This document shows positions 34,901-49,500 of a stretch of 64,000 nt of DNA, one piece after another (the first letter of the stretch is position 1; every line of letters begins with the position of its first letter). The notes under the pieces were generated by a model that was not told the DNA's origin, searched no databases, and saw nothing but the letters and a program-made list of their open reading frames with translations. This stretch comes from Callorhinchus milii (taxonomy: Eukaryota), in contig NW_024704743.1 in NCBI RefSeq assembly GCF_018977255.1, positions 96,970,001-97,034,000 on the forward strand, given 5' to 3'. A program made the translations under genes and the position numbers.

Positions 34901-35604
34901 TTTTGCTTCCAAAGGGAATTCTCGTTATTAATGCAAAATAAAGGTTCTTCACTATTAGCTGGATGAAGCATAATAACTAACCCCCACCGAAAAGGCATAT
35001 TGTTTGAACAGAAAAACCTATTCAAATGCTAGTAATGGATACATAGGCAATGTAATCGACTGAACCCCATAAAAAAGACAGTCTGATGCTTCGATCAAAT
35101 TATCTGTCCTTAATTAAGTTTTGTGTTTAGTTTAGTTCTAGTTTCTTTTGTAGCTTTGTTTTGAGAGTTGACTGAAGGATCATTTGGCACATTGAAGATA
35201 TATACAGTGTGACAACTGGGTCTCTGGTTATCTTGTTATATAAGAAAGCTTAAAAAGTGATGGAAACTAACAAGCTGGAGTGACAATATTTCCCTCTGAC
35301 AGAGGGATCCAAAGCAAGAGGGCATAATCTTCAACATAGAATTAAACCGGTTAAAAATTGGATCAGAAAGCATTCCTTTCCACAAAGGTTGGGAGAATAT
35401 GGAAATGCACTGCCCAAGAATGCCATAGATGTAGAATTAATTGGAATGTTTAAAAGGAATTTAGATAGATACTTGGGTTGTAAGCAGCATCCATTTTACT
35501 ATGCATCATAGAGAACACATATTTGTTATGGATCATTTTCCTGGATTAGTTGGGAAAGACTACAAGTTTGAGGGCTGATAGAGGATTATTGGGATATGCA
35601 CAAT

Positions 35605-36148
35605 ACGATACAAAATTACATTTCTATAGTGCCTTTCACGTCAGGAGGGCATCCCAAGGCGTTGGACAGTCAGGGATGTGAACCCGAGTGGGGTGGGGGG
35701 TGGGGTATAAGAGAAGCTGGAGGGCAGGGAGGGTGGTAGGGTGGACAAAGGAGGCAAGGAAGGGAGCGAGGTGAAGAGAATGTGGGATGGAGTTCCAAAG
35801 GGTGGGGGCAAATAGGCTGGAGGCCCAACCGCTGATTGGGGTGGGTTGGACCGGGCGAGGAATATGGAGCACGCCAGAGCCTGCTGAGCAGAGGGAGCGG
35901 ACAGGTTGATAAGGGGTTAGCAGGTCACAGAGTTAGGAAGGGGCAAGGCATTGGAGGGTCTTGAAGGTGAGTACGAGGATTTTGGACTCTATCCTCTGAG
36001 CAAGTGGAGCTGGGTGGGTGTAATGGGGGAGCCTGGTGCGGGAGAGGACACGAGCTGCAGAATTCTAGATGATTTGCAGCTTGTAGAGAGAAGAGTTGGG
36101 AAGGTTGACAAGCAGGGAGTTGGCGTGGTCCAGCCTAGATGTGATGAA
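35605..36148 (-). mobile_element. L2 3' fragment
   Basis: Minus-strand ORF2 C-terminus (LWNSIPHSLHLAP) and L2 tail. Confidence 0.8.
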
Positions 36149-39100
36149 CACAATGTGATGATATGTGTTCATCTTGAGGTTATAATAGAATGTTTACATT
36201 GTGTGAGCACACTGTCAGTGTTGGTAAATGTATCCCTTTTTGAGGATTATTACAATGCTTGTATATTAGCTTTTGCAGAACTAAATTTGTGCTTCTCGAC
36301 ATCTGTTTCCCATAAAACTGAACATTTTGCATTGTATATCGATGCAATGCACTGCACAACAACAACAAATTACATTTGTATAGCACCTTACACATTTTTA
36401 CAGAATGCAACATTGATATAAGTAAAGTAAAACACACTCAAGCCAATAGGTACCCAAGTAATCAGGAACCCCTATTTACACACCTTTACAAGTCTACTGG
36501 CCATAAGAGACTCATCATGAGGAATTACACTGGGGTAAAATTTGTAGTGTTTCATAATGTGTTCCTTGTGTTAATTAGCACAAGGAAATCACTAATGAAA
36601 AGCCACAACCTTTCCCTCACTGTTTTTCAAACCCCCTTTTGATCCCTTACAAACTTACTTTATTATAACTCTCTCTTCCCTGCCAGCCTCACTCTATAGC
36701 AGAATGGATAGATGTTATTGATGTGAAGCATGCACATTCCTTTCGTAGAGAATGTGTTTCCAATCCAGGGCTCTGATGTTTTCAACTTGTGGCTCATACC
36801 AGCAAAGGTCACTCTTGATTGGATGGGAATGCCTTGCAATTACTAAAATACATAAATACTAGGCATCCTATCATACACTTACTCCCTCGCTTGCTCACCC
36901 AGGTGGGATGAATGCAATCAAGTTATTGTTCGACACTGAGAATTCTCATTTCTTTATCCTCAGCACAACCTTTAATTATTCAATTGCAGTCTTGTCATTA
37001 TTCATAGGTAAAGATCATTGCCTGATTTAGGACTCAATACACATTTGCACATTGTAGGATTATTCTGAGTTTAGGCTGAGAAGAGGAATATATGCGTGGA
37101 TAAATATATGATCTGTGCAGTTCTGTAAGCACAAACATAACGCACTAATAACAACAAATTGCATTTACAGTATAAGCAACTTACTTGTTAAAAAGACATT
37201 GAATGAAGGGATACAGATATGTGCAAGAACAACAATTAACAACAATTGTTGGCTGGCAATACATGTGCAAAATAATTTGTGTATCGGTGCAGTCAAGGTA
37301 ACTAGTATTGTGTATAAAACATTAGGAAGAGAAACTGCACACACATGGTTTGGTCCAGGCATTCAGCATCTTTCAACTAACCCTTTATCATTACAGTTTC
37401 GGAATGACATTTCCTTCTTCTCCCCACCCACCCCCCTCCATATTGTAAAAGAGAGAGGAAGAAAATCTCCGGTGAAAGTAATTTTCTTGGGATCAAAGTA
37501 ACACATTCGCTTCTTTAAATAGAACCGAATGTTCTTAAAGCAGACACAACCTTTAGGGGGATTTGCCTGTCAGCATCATAAATTGCAAGTCAACCAAGCA
37601 ATGTTTTCTATGTACTGAGGCTGTCTTGCAAGTGAAGTGATTAGCAAGCAAGATTTCACCGTAGGTTTAAATGTAGAACTTGTAAAGGAATAAAAAAGAC
37701 AAACCAATCACTTTGAGCGCTAATTATTTTTTACACTGCATCCAAAAACTATTCCTATCAATTGCTGCAGAACAGATGCAGTATGTTCTTTCTGAGTAAC
37801 CAATTTGTCATTAAATTTGCTTCTTTTTGTCATTAAAAAAAATAATTATTTAAATATCTTCCCCTAATGTTTATTTTCATATTGTTACTTTTCTAATCTC
37901 TTCGGATTTGGTCATGTGCCAAAAATGCCAGATGACCATCTCCCAGGTTTGTACGGATTAATGGAAAGAGGAGTCTGAACTGCTTTGAGGTCTCAACCTT
38001 CAAATCCCTTCCCAATTTTATCTGTCCCTACGTTGGCAATCTCCTCCAGCCCTATTCTCCCTTCTTCCACCCTATAAGCTATGATCATTCCTCATTCAGA
38101 CCGTTCCACCATCAGTGGCCAAATCAGCAGCCACTATCTCCGATTCTCTGGAACTATTTTCCAAAATCTCTCTTCTCCTTAACTTCAAAATCCCCTTAAA
38201 ATCCTACATCTTTGACCATGCCTAACTTCTTGGGTTTTCTCAGCACTCTCACATAACGTTACTCTCTGTGTTGTTATCCCTATTGTCTTTGTGAAGCATA
38301 TAACAATGTACTATATAAGCATAGTTATTATTCGTCAATTCATTCTTTTTTCATTTGTGAGTAAACACCAGCCTTCATTTGGTACATTACCCTATAAGAA
38401 ATCTCACATTCAAATTCAAACTTGTGTCTTTCCAATATTACCTGGATGGTGTCTTATGAACTTTTACACAATACACTCCTATTTTCCAACTGTTCCAAGA
38501 GTAATATTCTCTTCACACGTTTCTTCCGCGGATATGACATGCATAAAAACCTCAGTATCTCTGGTGTGAACTTGCTTCAGTGAGCTACATTTTAATCATA
38601 TGCATCAGCTGTTTTATTAGTCAGTAATAAGTTATGGATTCATACTCAATGAATTTGAAATGATTACACATGAATCATTAACCAGTAGACGTATTCATGA
38701 ACCAGGTCCTTGGAAGGACAGGCGTCAATGTTCAATACAACACTAACCGTGATCAATAAAAGGAACAAAATGCAACAAAACCAACTCATAAACTGCAGAA
38801 TATAAAAAAGCAACATATGGCAATCATTTTAAATCTCATTGTTAGGTTTAGATCAGAGTTAGAAACCACTCAAACTTTGTAATCATAGTCTATGATACCA
38901 TCTAAAAAAAAACCTTCCCTTGGGATTCCTCCTATACGTTCATTATTCTGTAAAATAATAAACACTGCTGCTGCAGAAATATTCAGATCCTGTACATTGC
39001 AAGAGAGCAATTCACTAGTATTGAAGAAATTCGGCTAAAACTTCCAGTTTGGAAATGATGATTTATCAAATTATCTCAGTTACCTTTGATATCTGAGCCG

Positions 39101-40615
39101 TCATGGTTATCTAAACTTGTACACCAGTTTATTCACCCTGCACAAAGCCACATCTACATTGTGGAGACGTTTTACACTCTAGGCCTCTGAGTCTAACCTC
39201 TTGACATTTGGGTAACTCCATGTTCCCATCCAGGTTTGTCCCTGTCACTCCTATAGATTCTGATCATTATCAATCGTCTGACGTGTGAAGTTTTAAGTCT
39301 GTTTTTCTTCATTTGCTAAACCCATCACTATTTTTAGTGCTTCATGGTCAACTATTGGGCTGATCTTGTATCTTCAAATGAACTTCCTCAGCCAGCCAGT
39401 AATAGCACAAATCCTCTACCATCCCTTGGCATTAGTGTTGATAGCCCTGATGACCTTGTCGGATTCACTTTTCAGAACTCCTTTCTTACGAAGACAAGAT
39501 ACAGTCCTGTTCTGATGATGTGTAACATGTGAGATAAGAATTTCTTTCCAAAGGCTGGCAACCTGCTGGTTTGAGTGAGTAAAATACAAGCAATAGTCAC
39601 TGATGGACTATAACGTTACAATACAGTGTCTCCGATTCCCTCAGAACCTTCTTCCAAAGCATCTAGGTTCTATGTCTTCTGGAATGTGCAATATTCTTTT
39701 GTTTGGGCTTTCACAATTTGGGAGTGGTGTAGTTCACCACGAGTGAAGTCATCACACTCTGTGTTTAAAACAAGCATTGAATCGAGCAGCACTAGGTGTT
39801 GTGTACTGGACAAGGTTGCACTCATTCAGTCAGTCACAGAAACATGAGTGGGCCATTTGGCCCATTGAGCATCTCCCTTTGCTTGACTGAATGCATCAAT
39901 CATCGGATCAGTCAAAGTCCATTTCACCCGTCTTTTTCCTGCGTCAGTGACAACTCTTCATTGTTTTCAATTACCATGCCATCTACAGAGCAGCCACACA
40001 GGGAAATAACTAATATGTTCACTGAGGCTTTAATTTTCTGACCTGCAAAGTACCAGAGATGCCTTTGAAATATCAGTTCCTCACTTGGTAAATTTCCAAC
40101 CTTTCATATGCAGATTTCAGTGACTACTTTGATTGGATGTCAAACATGTACTCAGTAGATATAGATGAGCTTACAATAAATAATGGTTGGAGTGAATCAT
40201 ATACAGTATTAGTCTGAGCACAATTTTGACAGTACAAAATCTATGCAGCGGGTCCCCATTCTAAAGTGTGAGGCTGAATATTCATTCTGAAAATGAAAGG
40301 TTATAATAGTGAAATATCACTTTGTTGCATTTTGTATCTGATTGAAAGTGGCAGAACATTGCAGTTCACTTTAATTCCTGACAGAGGAGAGGGTAAAGCA
40401 CAGTACCTACCATGATAGTTTTGCTATATTAGAAAAGAGAGAATTTATTATTCTATAATATATTTGACGCTATAGAAAAACAGGTACATTTGAAAGAAAT
40501 CTAAAAAATTTTAGTTTGCTCAGGGCAAGTGCCAAGTAAACTTGGGATACGTATTAATCATATTTAATGTAGTTTGAGAATTTTTTAAAATATGTAGTTT
40601 AAAATTCAAATACAC

Positions 40616-40890
40616 AATAATAATAATCCTTACATTTGATTATAGCGCCATTCACATCAGTGGGATGTTTCAAAGCGTTTCACAGGATATACTGTTAAGT
40701 ATAGTGACTGAATTGTATAGGTGAACATGGCAGCCAATTTGTCTACAGTAATGTCCCACAAACAGCCATGAAGTGAGTGACCATTTTTTTCTGGGGCATT
40801 GTTGGCCAGGACACCGGGAAAAACTCCCTTCTCTTTTTGAATAGTGCCATGGGATCTTTAAAGTCCACCTGAGCAGGCAGGCAGACATCT
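40616..40890 (-). mobile_element. Older Deu-like SINE, 3' half
   Basis: GGACACCGGGAAAACTCCCTTCTCTTTTTGAATAGTGCCATGGGATCTTT motif plus the shared tail. Confidence 0.7.
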
Positions 40891-41459
40891 GTTTCACTAG
40901 GGAAGCATATAGATGAAGAAAAGGAAGGGACTGAGAATAGACCCCTGATGTACACTGCAGGTTTGTACGTGGGATAAGAGAATAAGCTATTGGAGGAAAC
41001 AAAGTGGAAGCCATTGAATCAAATAGGATTGGAACCAAGACTTATGTTTTGCCAATCTGTGCCTAAGCACCTTGGGGTGTCTTTCTCACATGAAAGGAGC
41101 TATATAAATGTAAAGTTGTATTGTAAGCTCTCTGGAATGAGTAGGAGTTATTCCTCTAGGAGGAGAATATGCACTCCATTACCAGACAAGCAGACGTCAT
41201 ACACATGGATCTCTCTATGGAGATTTTAAGTGTGGTGATGGGCTTCCATGTATGTCAGGTGCCCAGCTGATATAAAAAAAATCATTCACTCTGAATTGAG
41301 GGAACCTCACGCTAACAGCAGTTAGCAGTTGAATGGAAGTGCAATGGCGCCAGTATCACTGAATACTACAACAAGATGTTAATACAACATGTTGATGGTT
41401 TTACTGATGTCTGACTTTAAACTTATTAATGATGATTTTTATTGCTTCCATTGATTTAG

Positions 41460-41667
41460 GCATTACAGCAGAAGTTCTGGTGGTGAATTCATTTGAAGAG
41501 TTGCGGTCACGAGCTAATGAAGCTGAGGGGAAGATTGTGGTCTACAACCAACCGTTTATCAGTTATGGAGAAACTGTGAGCTACAGATTTGATGGGGCTT
41601 CAGAAGCTGCTAAAGTGGGAGCTAAAGCTTCACTTATCAGATCGATAACTCCCTTCTCTCTTTACAG
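41460..41667 (+). CDS. CPQ: Carboxypeptidase Q, second coding exon (PA domain), 208 bp
   Basis: TTTAG acceptor and AG|GTGAG donor. GITAEVLVVNSFEELRSRANEAEGKIVVYNQPF...GAKASLIRSITPFSLY. Phases match both neighbouring exons. Confidence 0.97.
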
Positions 41668-44600
41668 GTGAGCTAAAGCTTGACATTTTCAGTATTGAAG
41701 TTGACTGTAATGTTCTATTATTTCACTCCATTCTGAATAAAGTTAAATTTTGACACTCAGTTTATAATTTATTTATTATGGTCAGGTAGGCTCTGAAGCC
41801 CATAGAAACCCATCACTGTGCTTATCAAAATCAGGCAAAGTTCTTCATATGTAACGACTCATACATGGACATTTCCCTGAATGGAATACGTACTCTCTCC
41901 CTACTGGAATCACCCTAGTTACCTAAATAGAGTACTAGGCCCACATTGGTGAGAGATGCAGTGCAACCAGTGAAAACACATCGCAGGAGAGGAAGAACTG
42001 TCTGGCAAACTTCCCACTACTTGTCTAGCTCAGACCACCGTAGGGTCCATTGGACTTTGGTCTGCAAGGTTAGTAGGAGCTGCAGCATGTATTAAATCAA
42101 ACCTTTTATAATCCATAAAACTAAAATATTAATTAAAAATGTAATTACATTTTTCTTGTTAGCTCCTATTAAATGGTGTGTAGTGTTTAACTGCAACCTG
42201 TTATTTCCCTTCATTCAATTGCGATTTCCTGTCAAAATACTCTTAATAATCCTTTCACATCTGGAGGACATCCCAAAGTGCTTCACTGTAAAGTGCAGTG
42301 ATTGTGTGTACTGTGAGCGAAAGGTTTTATATTTATGAACTGCAGGATGAAAATCATACCTACTGATGTGAAGTGTTGTTTGCAGGGTACCTCCTCTATG
42401 TCATGTCAATGTACATGGAGACGTAGGCCCATTATATTCGCTCCTGGGAGAAAACTCCACCTCCCTCAAAATATACACTTACACATCTTTCCTGGTATTG
42501 GCCTCTCAGTCTCCAACTTGGAGAGACGGTAAAACAGAAAAATCAAAACAAGACCAATTTTGGGGGAAAAAAGTTTACCAGTAAAATTCCCCCCGACTCC
42601 TGAGGGCAGTCAGACAAGCTCGAGGAGAGGATCGATCTACCACCTACAGAAGAGCATTGCTCTGTCTCTCTGTTACATTGTAGGGGACATCACATGGTAA
42701 AATAAATTCCCAGTTTGTCACTTTTGATCCTCTCTTCCTTAAGAAATCTATCTAGAATCCTTTTGAATGAGTAGATGCTGTTTGCACAAACAGAATCACA
42801 AGGGAGCCTACACTACACTAACTATCTACCAACTTCTGGTTGAAGAACTGGTTCCTCATGTCTTCATGTCCAGCCTGAAGTGTTTTCTCTCTAGATCTGG
42901 AGCCTGCCTTCAACAATGAAGACTTTGTCACCTGACATTTTGTTAACCCTGTGAAGTGTGTAATATAATTTACATTTATGGAGAGCTTTTCACGTCGGGA
43001 GGAAGTCTTGAATCATTTCACAGTATCTTGTAAACCTTAACAAGTCTGCCTCTCAGTCACCTCTCCCCACTCTGACTTGTGAGATCTCAGTTCTGACTTG
43101 AGGTTGGCTAAGAGCCAATGCACGCAAACACTCTTTACAGACACTTTTGTGTTGCAGATACTTTGTCCCATTGTTACACCGCAGGTTATTCTTTTTCAGT
43201 TATTTTTAATAAAATAATAATCCTTACAGTTGGTTTTGCACCTTTCATGCTGGGAGGATGTCTCAAAGCAATTCACAGGATTTATTCGATGATGTGAGAA
43301 GGTTATAAAAGCTGAAGAATTATTAAAGTCTGGCTGACTGTGTACTTTGTAGGCAAACCCCATTATAATGAATCCTGAAAAATAAATTAGACTCACATCT
43401 GTAGCCATTGGTTAGAATGGAAAAAAATCCACTATGACCAAAAATAGCACCTGTTCTCAAATTCTATCAGCCTTGTTTGTTAATGCTGTCAGTGGAGCAT
43501 GCCAGATGTGGAGTGAGTGGAAAGGCTGAGTCTTTATCATTTAAACTCCAATGGAAATGTCACACTGGAAAATCATTATGGACAGGTGTGCGATGTCTAT
43601 ATTAATCTAAGTAGATGCAAAATGCGATTTTCTGCACCAACAAATGAGGTCGGTTGGTTAAATGGGAAAACTATCTGCTTTCAATATGTGCATGCAGATT
43701 GGGTGTTTGTTTCGAATGGTGTGCAAGAAATCCTTTGAGAATTGGAATAATTCTACGGCAGTGCTGCATGTGATACCGATAAACTACTCCAAATTGAAGG
43801 CAAAATTAAACTAATTCTGCAGCTGGGAGGAGTCCAACAAAGTTAAGTTTTGTCCTTTAAAAACTTTTGGTGGCTGTTTTGCTTCAATAATTGGAAGAGG
43901 TGACCAATTATTTCTGCCCCTGGGACTTCTGCAAGTAAAGGAACAATCTGCTTCTTCCTTAGGCTCCTCTGCTCTCAGAATATTGAATAGTGTTTCACTG
44001 GTTAATAATTCTACACCTCAGTCTAGGTCATGCTCTCCCTTTTAAAAACTAACCTCTGTTTGGGAAAGACTTGTATGGTGTCAGTGCAGTTAAAGTGGTG
44101 AGGATGCCTGCTATATATCAAATGGGCTACTGGCCAAGTTAGTGCCAATTATAAAGTGGTGGTTGAAAGTTCTCTTTGGGAAAGTGGTGGTGTCACTGTT
44201 AGAAAGAATACAGTGCCTTCCCCACTCTTTTCACCTCCCCAATGCACAAGACCTTAGCTTGGAGATGATCTCAGGTCAGAACTGAGATTTGTTACCTGGT
44301 AACCTAAAAGGATGCTCTTGCTGTCAGGAATTTATTTTCCAGGCCCCTCACTAAGTGTAAAATGATGGCTGTTGTTTGGAAGTTTGGAAGTTGAAAAGCC
44401 CGAAGGAGGAAGCACTCGCCAGAAGTTGGGGAGGTGTGTGTGTATGTAAGCGCTCTGATGATGCTACCCTGTGTGAAGGGTGCTATATAAATGAAAGTTG
44501 TATGTGTGATTTCAGTCCCATACATGCTAACAAAGATAGATTTTCAGGACATGTTTTGATCGCAATTTCTGTGCTGTTCCTTAATTTTTCCTGGCAATAT

Positions 44601-45274
44601 TTAAGAAGCAAAAGGCATTAAGGATATTGGAATTTTCACCCAATTTAATGCTATCCTAGTTGTGAGATTATGTGTTATGACCAACAATCCCCCAAATCAA
44701 ATCATTCACTCACTCCATGACTATTTGCTGTTTACAAACTGGCTGACGCCTTTGCCCACAAAAGACAGTCCACTTTGCAGTATATCCTTTGAGACATGCT
44801 CTTGATTTAAAAGGGCTCTACCGATTGCAAGGATTATTATTTGCCAAAAGAAGCATGAAATGTAATAATAATAATCCTTGCGTTTAGTATAGCAGCTTTC
44901 ATTTTGGAAAGATGACTCAAAGCGTCTATCCCTAACATGCCTAAGTGCTTCACAGGATTTTATTGTAAAGTGAATTTGTAGGTGAATATACTTGATATGC
45001 TGTCTAACAGTGTGACTGAAACCCAAAGCCAAGCAGGTAGGTGAGAATCTTAAACACTGAGCATGTTGGCAGTTGAATAATTGAAAAATAATTAGCTCTT
45101 TAATGGTGCAAGTGTTGGCGAAGATTTTTTAAGAATATCAAAGGTATTAGAAACTTTGGAACTCTCTCCCTCAATCCCTCCACCTTTCCCCCTCCTTCCC
45201 CATTTTCACATCACCCCTAAAGACCTTCCTCTTCGACCATGCCAATGGCCACCTCCCCTGTCACTGATAAGGAA

Positions 45275-45557
45275 GAGTCATGTTGCTCAGTGGTTAGAGC
45301 ACTCACCTCACAAGTGAGAGACGTGAGTTCAATTCCCGGCAGGTCGAAACCTTGGGCAAGTTTCCTTACTCCACACATCCATCCCTCAAGAAAAAAAAAT
45401 TGGTCACTTCAATCCACGACTGTTTGTGGGATACTGCTGTGTGCAATTGGCTGTTGCGTTTCATCCACAAATATACAGTCAATTCACTTTATAGTATATT
45501 CTGTGAGGCGCTTTAATACGTGAAAAGTGCTATATCAAATGCAAGTATTATTATTAT
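45275..45557 (+). mobile_element. tRNA-headed SINE
   Basis: A and B boxes, Deu-like body, (TAT)n tail. Confidence 0.85.
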
Positions 45558-46859
45558 GAAGTGTTCCGAGATATGACCCTGTGTAATCCTGGGTAATATA
45601 TTATTATAGACCATTAACATTTAAGATTGGAGTAGTAGTATTGGCTGAAATTTTTCAGTTCAGTCTTAAGTTGCAAGTTAGTTTTCACAGTTCTGGAGAG
45701 AAAGTCTTCCAAATTCTGCCAATTTTTCACAATTCTACACCATCTTAATTTTTAAGAGAAAATGGCCTTACATGCTAAAGGTAGTTGGAATTCTAGTCAT
45801 AGAATAATCTCTTTTGCCCAATGTATAAAATAAAATCTCCTGCCTCAGGGTCAAAATTATAATAATAAAATGATAATCCTTGCATTTGATAGTCACTGCA
45901 CTTTACAGTAAATCCGTTGAAGCCCACAGAGACGTCCTCCCGACGTGAAAGGTGCTATGTCAAATGCAAAGGATTATTGTTTTATTATTCTAACATTATA
46001 TCATAAGCAAATGGTCCAAGTCGTAGCTTGCAAGCCATTCATGCATTGGATGAGTTTAGTCTGATGAGCAATGACTTCCTATGATGTCTGCCAGGATGTT
46101 ATTTGGTGCTCAAGAGAGAAGTCAATGAGAATGATCCATGCCCTCTGACAGCTTTGGAGTTGCTTTTTTTGGCTCAGCAAACAGAGCAGCAGACGACCTT
46201 GACACTTCATAATGTCCTAATGAGTCTGGCAGCCGCAGAGAGAGAGAGAGACAGATGGATGTTTGAGAACAATTTAAGTGAATTCTCCCACACTAATTTA
46301 ACACTGCAATGGCATCCTTGATGTAGACTTATTCTAATGAATCATCTGGAGTAGATTGTACATACTATACAGTATACAATATCATCTTGATCTTTCATTT
46401 TAAGAAAAGTTGAAAAGGAACGGAGATAAAATATTTTTACACACAAATTTAATTTATTTAGTGTGTGACAGCAATAAATATTGTACTGAATTAAATAATA
46501 TCTCACTTCCTTTTAATTTGGGTGTGAGCGTTCAGTGATGGTATCCAATCTAAATATAGCTGGATCTTGGATTATATATCAGGTGTAAAGTGTGTACCGA
46601 GTGTCAGACTGGCTCAGTTAGTAACACTCTTGCCTCTCAGTCAGAATATTGTGGCTTCAAGCACCACCTGAGAATTTTGAACTCACAATTTAGTTGACAC
46701 TCCAATACAGTATTGGGGAAACACTGGAGCCACAAAGAGTAAACTCCTGTGAAGCACTTTGGGATGCATTGGTGACACAATAAGATGCTCTACCAAAATG
46801 CAAGAATTATTATTTACTCAAATCATTAAAAATTGCTTCCAAAATCAGAATGTGCTGTA

Positions 46860-46971
46860 GAATCTATGGTGCCTTAAAATTGCAGTCACATTCCTTTGCC
46901 CCACCAAAAACACCCTCTACAATTTTTCTGCGCCTTACACTCAATGCACCTTATACTCAAGTAAATATGGC
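46860..46971 (-). mobile_element. Tc2/pogo-like DNA transposon terminal fragment
   Basis: Reverse complement CCATATTTACTTGAGTATAAGGTGCATTGAGTGTAAGGCGCA resembles CCGTATTT..CG.GTATAAG.CGC termini. Confidence 0.45.
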
Positions 46972-47116
46972 TAATACTATGATTGTTGTATCTTGTCAGA
47001 TTGATGAAAGTGTACAGTCATCTGATTTATCTCAAGGACCAGAGTTATAGTTAATAAATAGTTTCTGTTTTGTGGCTATACTTTAATTTTTTAAATTATT
47101 ATTATTATCCTCTCAG

Positions 47117-47324
47117 CCCTCACACAGGGTGGCAAGGTTACCAGGATAATGTGACACAAATCCCAACGGCATGTATAACAATAGAAGATGCAGAGATGCT
47201 GAGACGCATGTCTGACCGAGGTTCCAAGGTGGTCATCAATCTCAAAATGGGGGCCAAGACATATCCAGATGTTGATTCATTTAACACTGTGGCGGAAATA
47301 ATCGGAAGCAAGCACCCCGAACAG
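47117..47324 (+). CDS. CPQ: Carboxypeptidase Q, third coding exon, 208 bp
   Basis: TCTCAG acceptor and CAG|GTTTGT donor. (S)PHTGWQGYQDNVTQIPTACITIEDAEML...KMGAKTYPDVDSFNTVAEIIGSKHPEQ. The three exons total 864 nt = 288 codons. Confidence 0.97.
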
Positions 47325-49004
47325 GTTTGTCTTATATTCCTTGGATATATTATATATATATGTAATAAAGTTACAATCAGGCAATTAAAGGGACACTATA
47401 TGGTCCCAGGGATACAGAGTTTAAAAGGTCCCCATGTATGGAGTAGGTGAGAACTAAAGTGGAGACTAAAGTGATTGATTTATATTCTTTTTTTCTCCAA
47501 CTCAGTAAAAGAGAAGCTTTTTAAAACAACACCTGTCTCTGACTCTAATAATTTACAGTTTGGTAGATTTTCTTTTTGGTACAAATCAAATGAAAAATTG
47601 AGAAGCAATTACACTGTTTTTTTTTGTTTGGTCAGCCAGGTTTCTGACACAGGGTAATTTCTATCTCATGCTCAAGAGTATCTGAACCAGACTGAAAGTT
47701 CTACATGTGCATGGAAATTTCCATTTATATTGAAATATGTGCACACTTTTCAGTGCAGGTTGGCAAGAGAAAAGATTTGAGGATCGCAGTGTGCGTATTG
47801 GGGCATTGTAAGTTTAAGCAGCAAAAATGGTGCAGTTTACCTTTGTGAACAGTGATTTACTCTTCCAAGACCCGATGAGCCAGGCTAGCTGGTCTTGTCA
47901 TCAGCAGTGCCTCAGACCACTGCGTACCTGCCTGGCTGGCTCTGAAACTTGACTACCAAGATTCCGCAGAACTATATATTTTGAACTCAGAGAGGCCAGG
48001 TGAAGCACTATCTCGCTTCACTCACATAACATCAATCATTGTTGCTGAGTAGAGTCGAGGATCTCTCCAGGGGGAGAGAGTATTGTCCCCTATCAGATGG
48101 TCACCAAGAGCCAAGACCCAGCAACAATACACCAACCTTACTATGAGTAGAATAAGGAGAAATCCTATTCCATTGTGATGTGGAGAAAGTCAGTGTTACT
48201 AAGAATAATCACCAATTGGACAAATATTGGGAAACAAATGCAGATTGTAAATTAACTGTGAGAAGCAGATTGCAAGATTATATTTTGAAGCAAGATAATG
48301 GACTATTCAGTGTTGAGTTATTACCATTGTATTATAAATATGAATAGAAACTGTTAAGCAACCATAGGTTTGGGATATTGTTGAAATATGCATGTTTCTG
48401 TGATGTCTGTTATTGCCCCTTGGCCAACCACATTGTGTTTATTAAGGATCACTCACAACAATTTTGTATTTATAAAGCACCTTTCATATCGGGAGGACAT
48501 GCCAAATGCTTCACAGAGCTGGCCATGAGCTCAAGCTGGGGGTGGGAGGAACTGAAGGTGAGGGGAATGACCAAAATCAGTCAAACAAAAGAGCAGAGAC
48601 AGAAAGGCTCACTAATGGTTTCAAATTAAATGGGATTAAATTTTAATTTATGTATTGTGCAATATTAATAGTTTTTATCAATGCATTGATTGACTGCAGA
48701 ACAATGTTGCAAAGCTGAATGTGAATTAATTCTGTTCTGGAGCATTTTGCATTAACCCAGTTATTTTAGTCAAGATGGCAGGAAGTTAGATTGACCTTTG
48801 AGGGTCAGGGATGATTATAACATTGTGATTAGTGACACACCTGACTATTTGTGGCACCACAACTGTCCTTGCTTCTCGACCTCTGAGGTTGTTCCATCCT
48901 GCTCATAACGTGCTCTGAATGTCAATAGGCTTGTGCAGGTGGGAAATCTTTTCCTTCCATGACATCAAATATTGAAAGAACTGTGCATGTTGCCAAGAGA
49001 TATC

Positions 49005-49500
49005 AGGATTTTGAACTCAAAGTCTAGTCTGCCACTCCAGTGTATGCTGGAAGTTGGGGGGCTGCATTGTTTCTGAATGTGTCCTTCCTTCAAATGATAT
49101 GTTAAACTGAGGTCCTATCTGCTTGTTTAAAGATCCTATTCAAAATGAGAAGTTTTGTCTGGTATCCTGGTCATTAATCCTCCAGATAAAGCTAATCATT
49201 TCATTTGATGACTGTTTGTGAGATATTGGTGTGTGTAAATTGCTTGCCATGCTCACAACAACAACAACAACTTGGCTTTATATAGCGCCCTCCCTGCCAG
49301 ACGGGTCTCAGGGCACTTCACAGTAATGGATCCTGGGGCCGAGCCAGGGGGAGGGATGGGAAGGTGACCAAAGGCGCGGTCGAAAAGAAAGGTTTTCAAA
49401 TGTGCAATCACTACACTTAAAAGTAAAACCCTGTGAAGGTTTGGAGATGTTTTTACACCATGATAGGGTACTGTATCAAATGCAGGATTATTATTATTAA
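49005..49500 (+). mobile_element. Old Deu-like SINE interrupted by an antisense L2 3' end (about 49255-49396)
   Basis: Degenerate Deu core at 49060-49115. (CAA)n L2 tail inserted at CTCACAA. Confidence 0.65.

Noticed and set aside
39100..40100. Possible decayed LTR-retroelement pol on the minus strand (VKWTLTDPMIDAFSQAK)
   Set aside because: Only one weak motif, and flanking translations gave no RT, RNase H or integrase signatures. A tBLASTn/HMM search would be needed.
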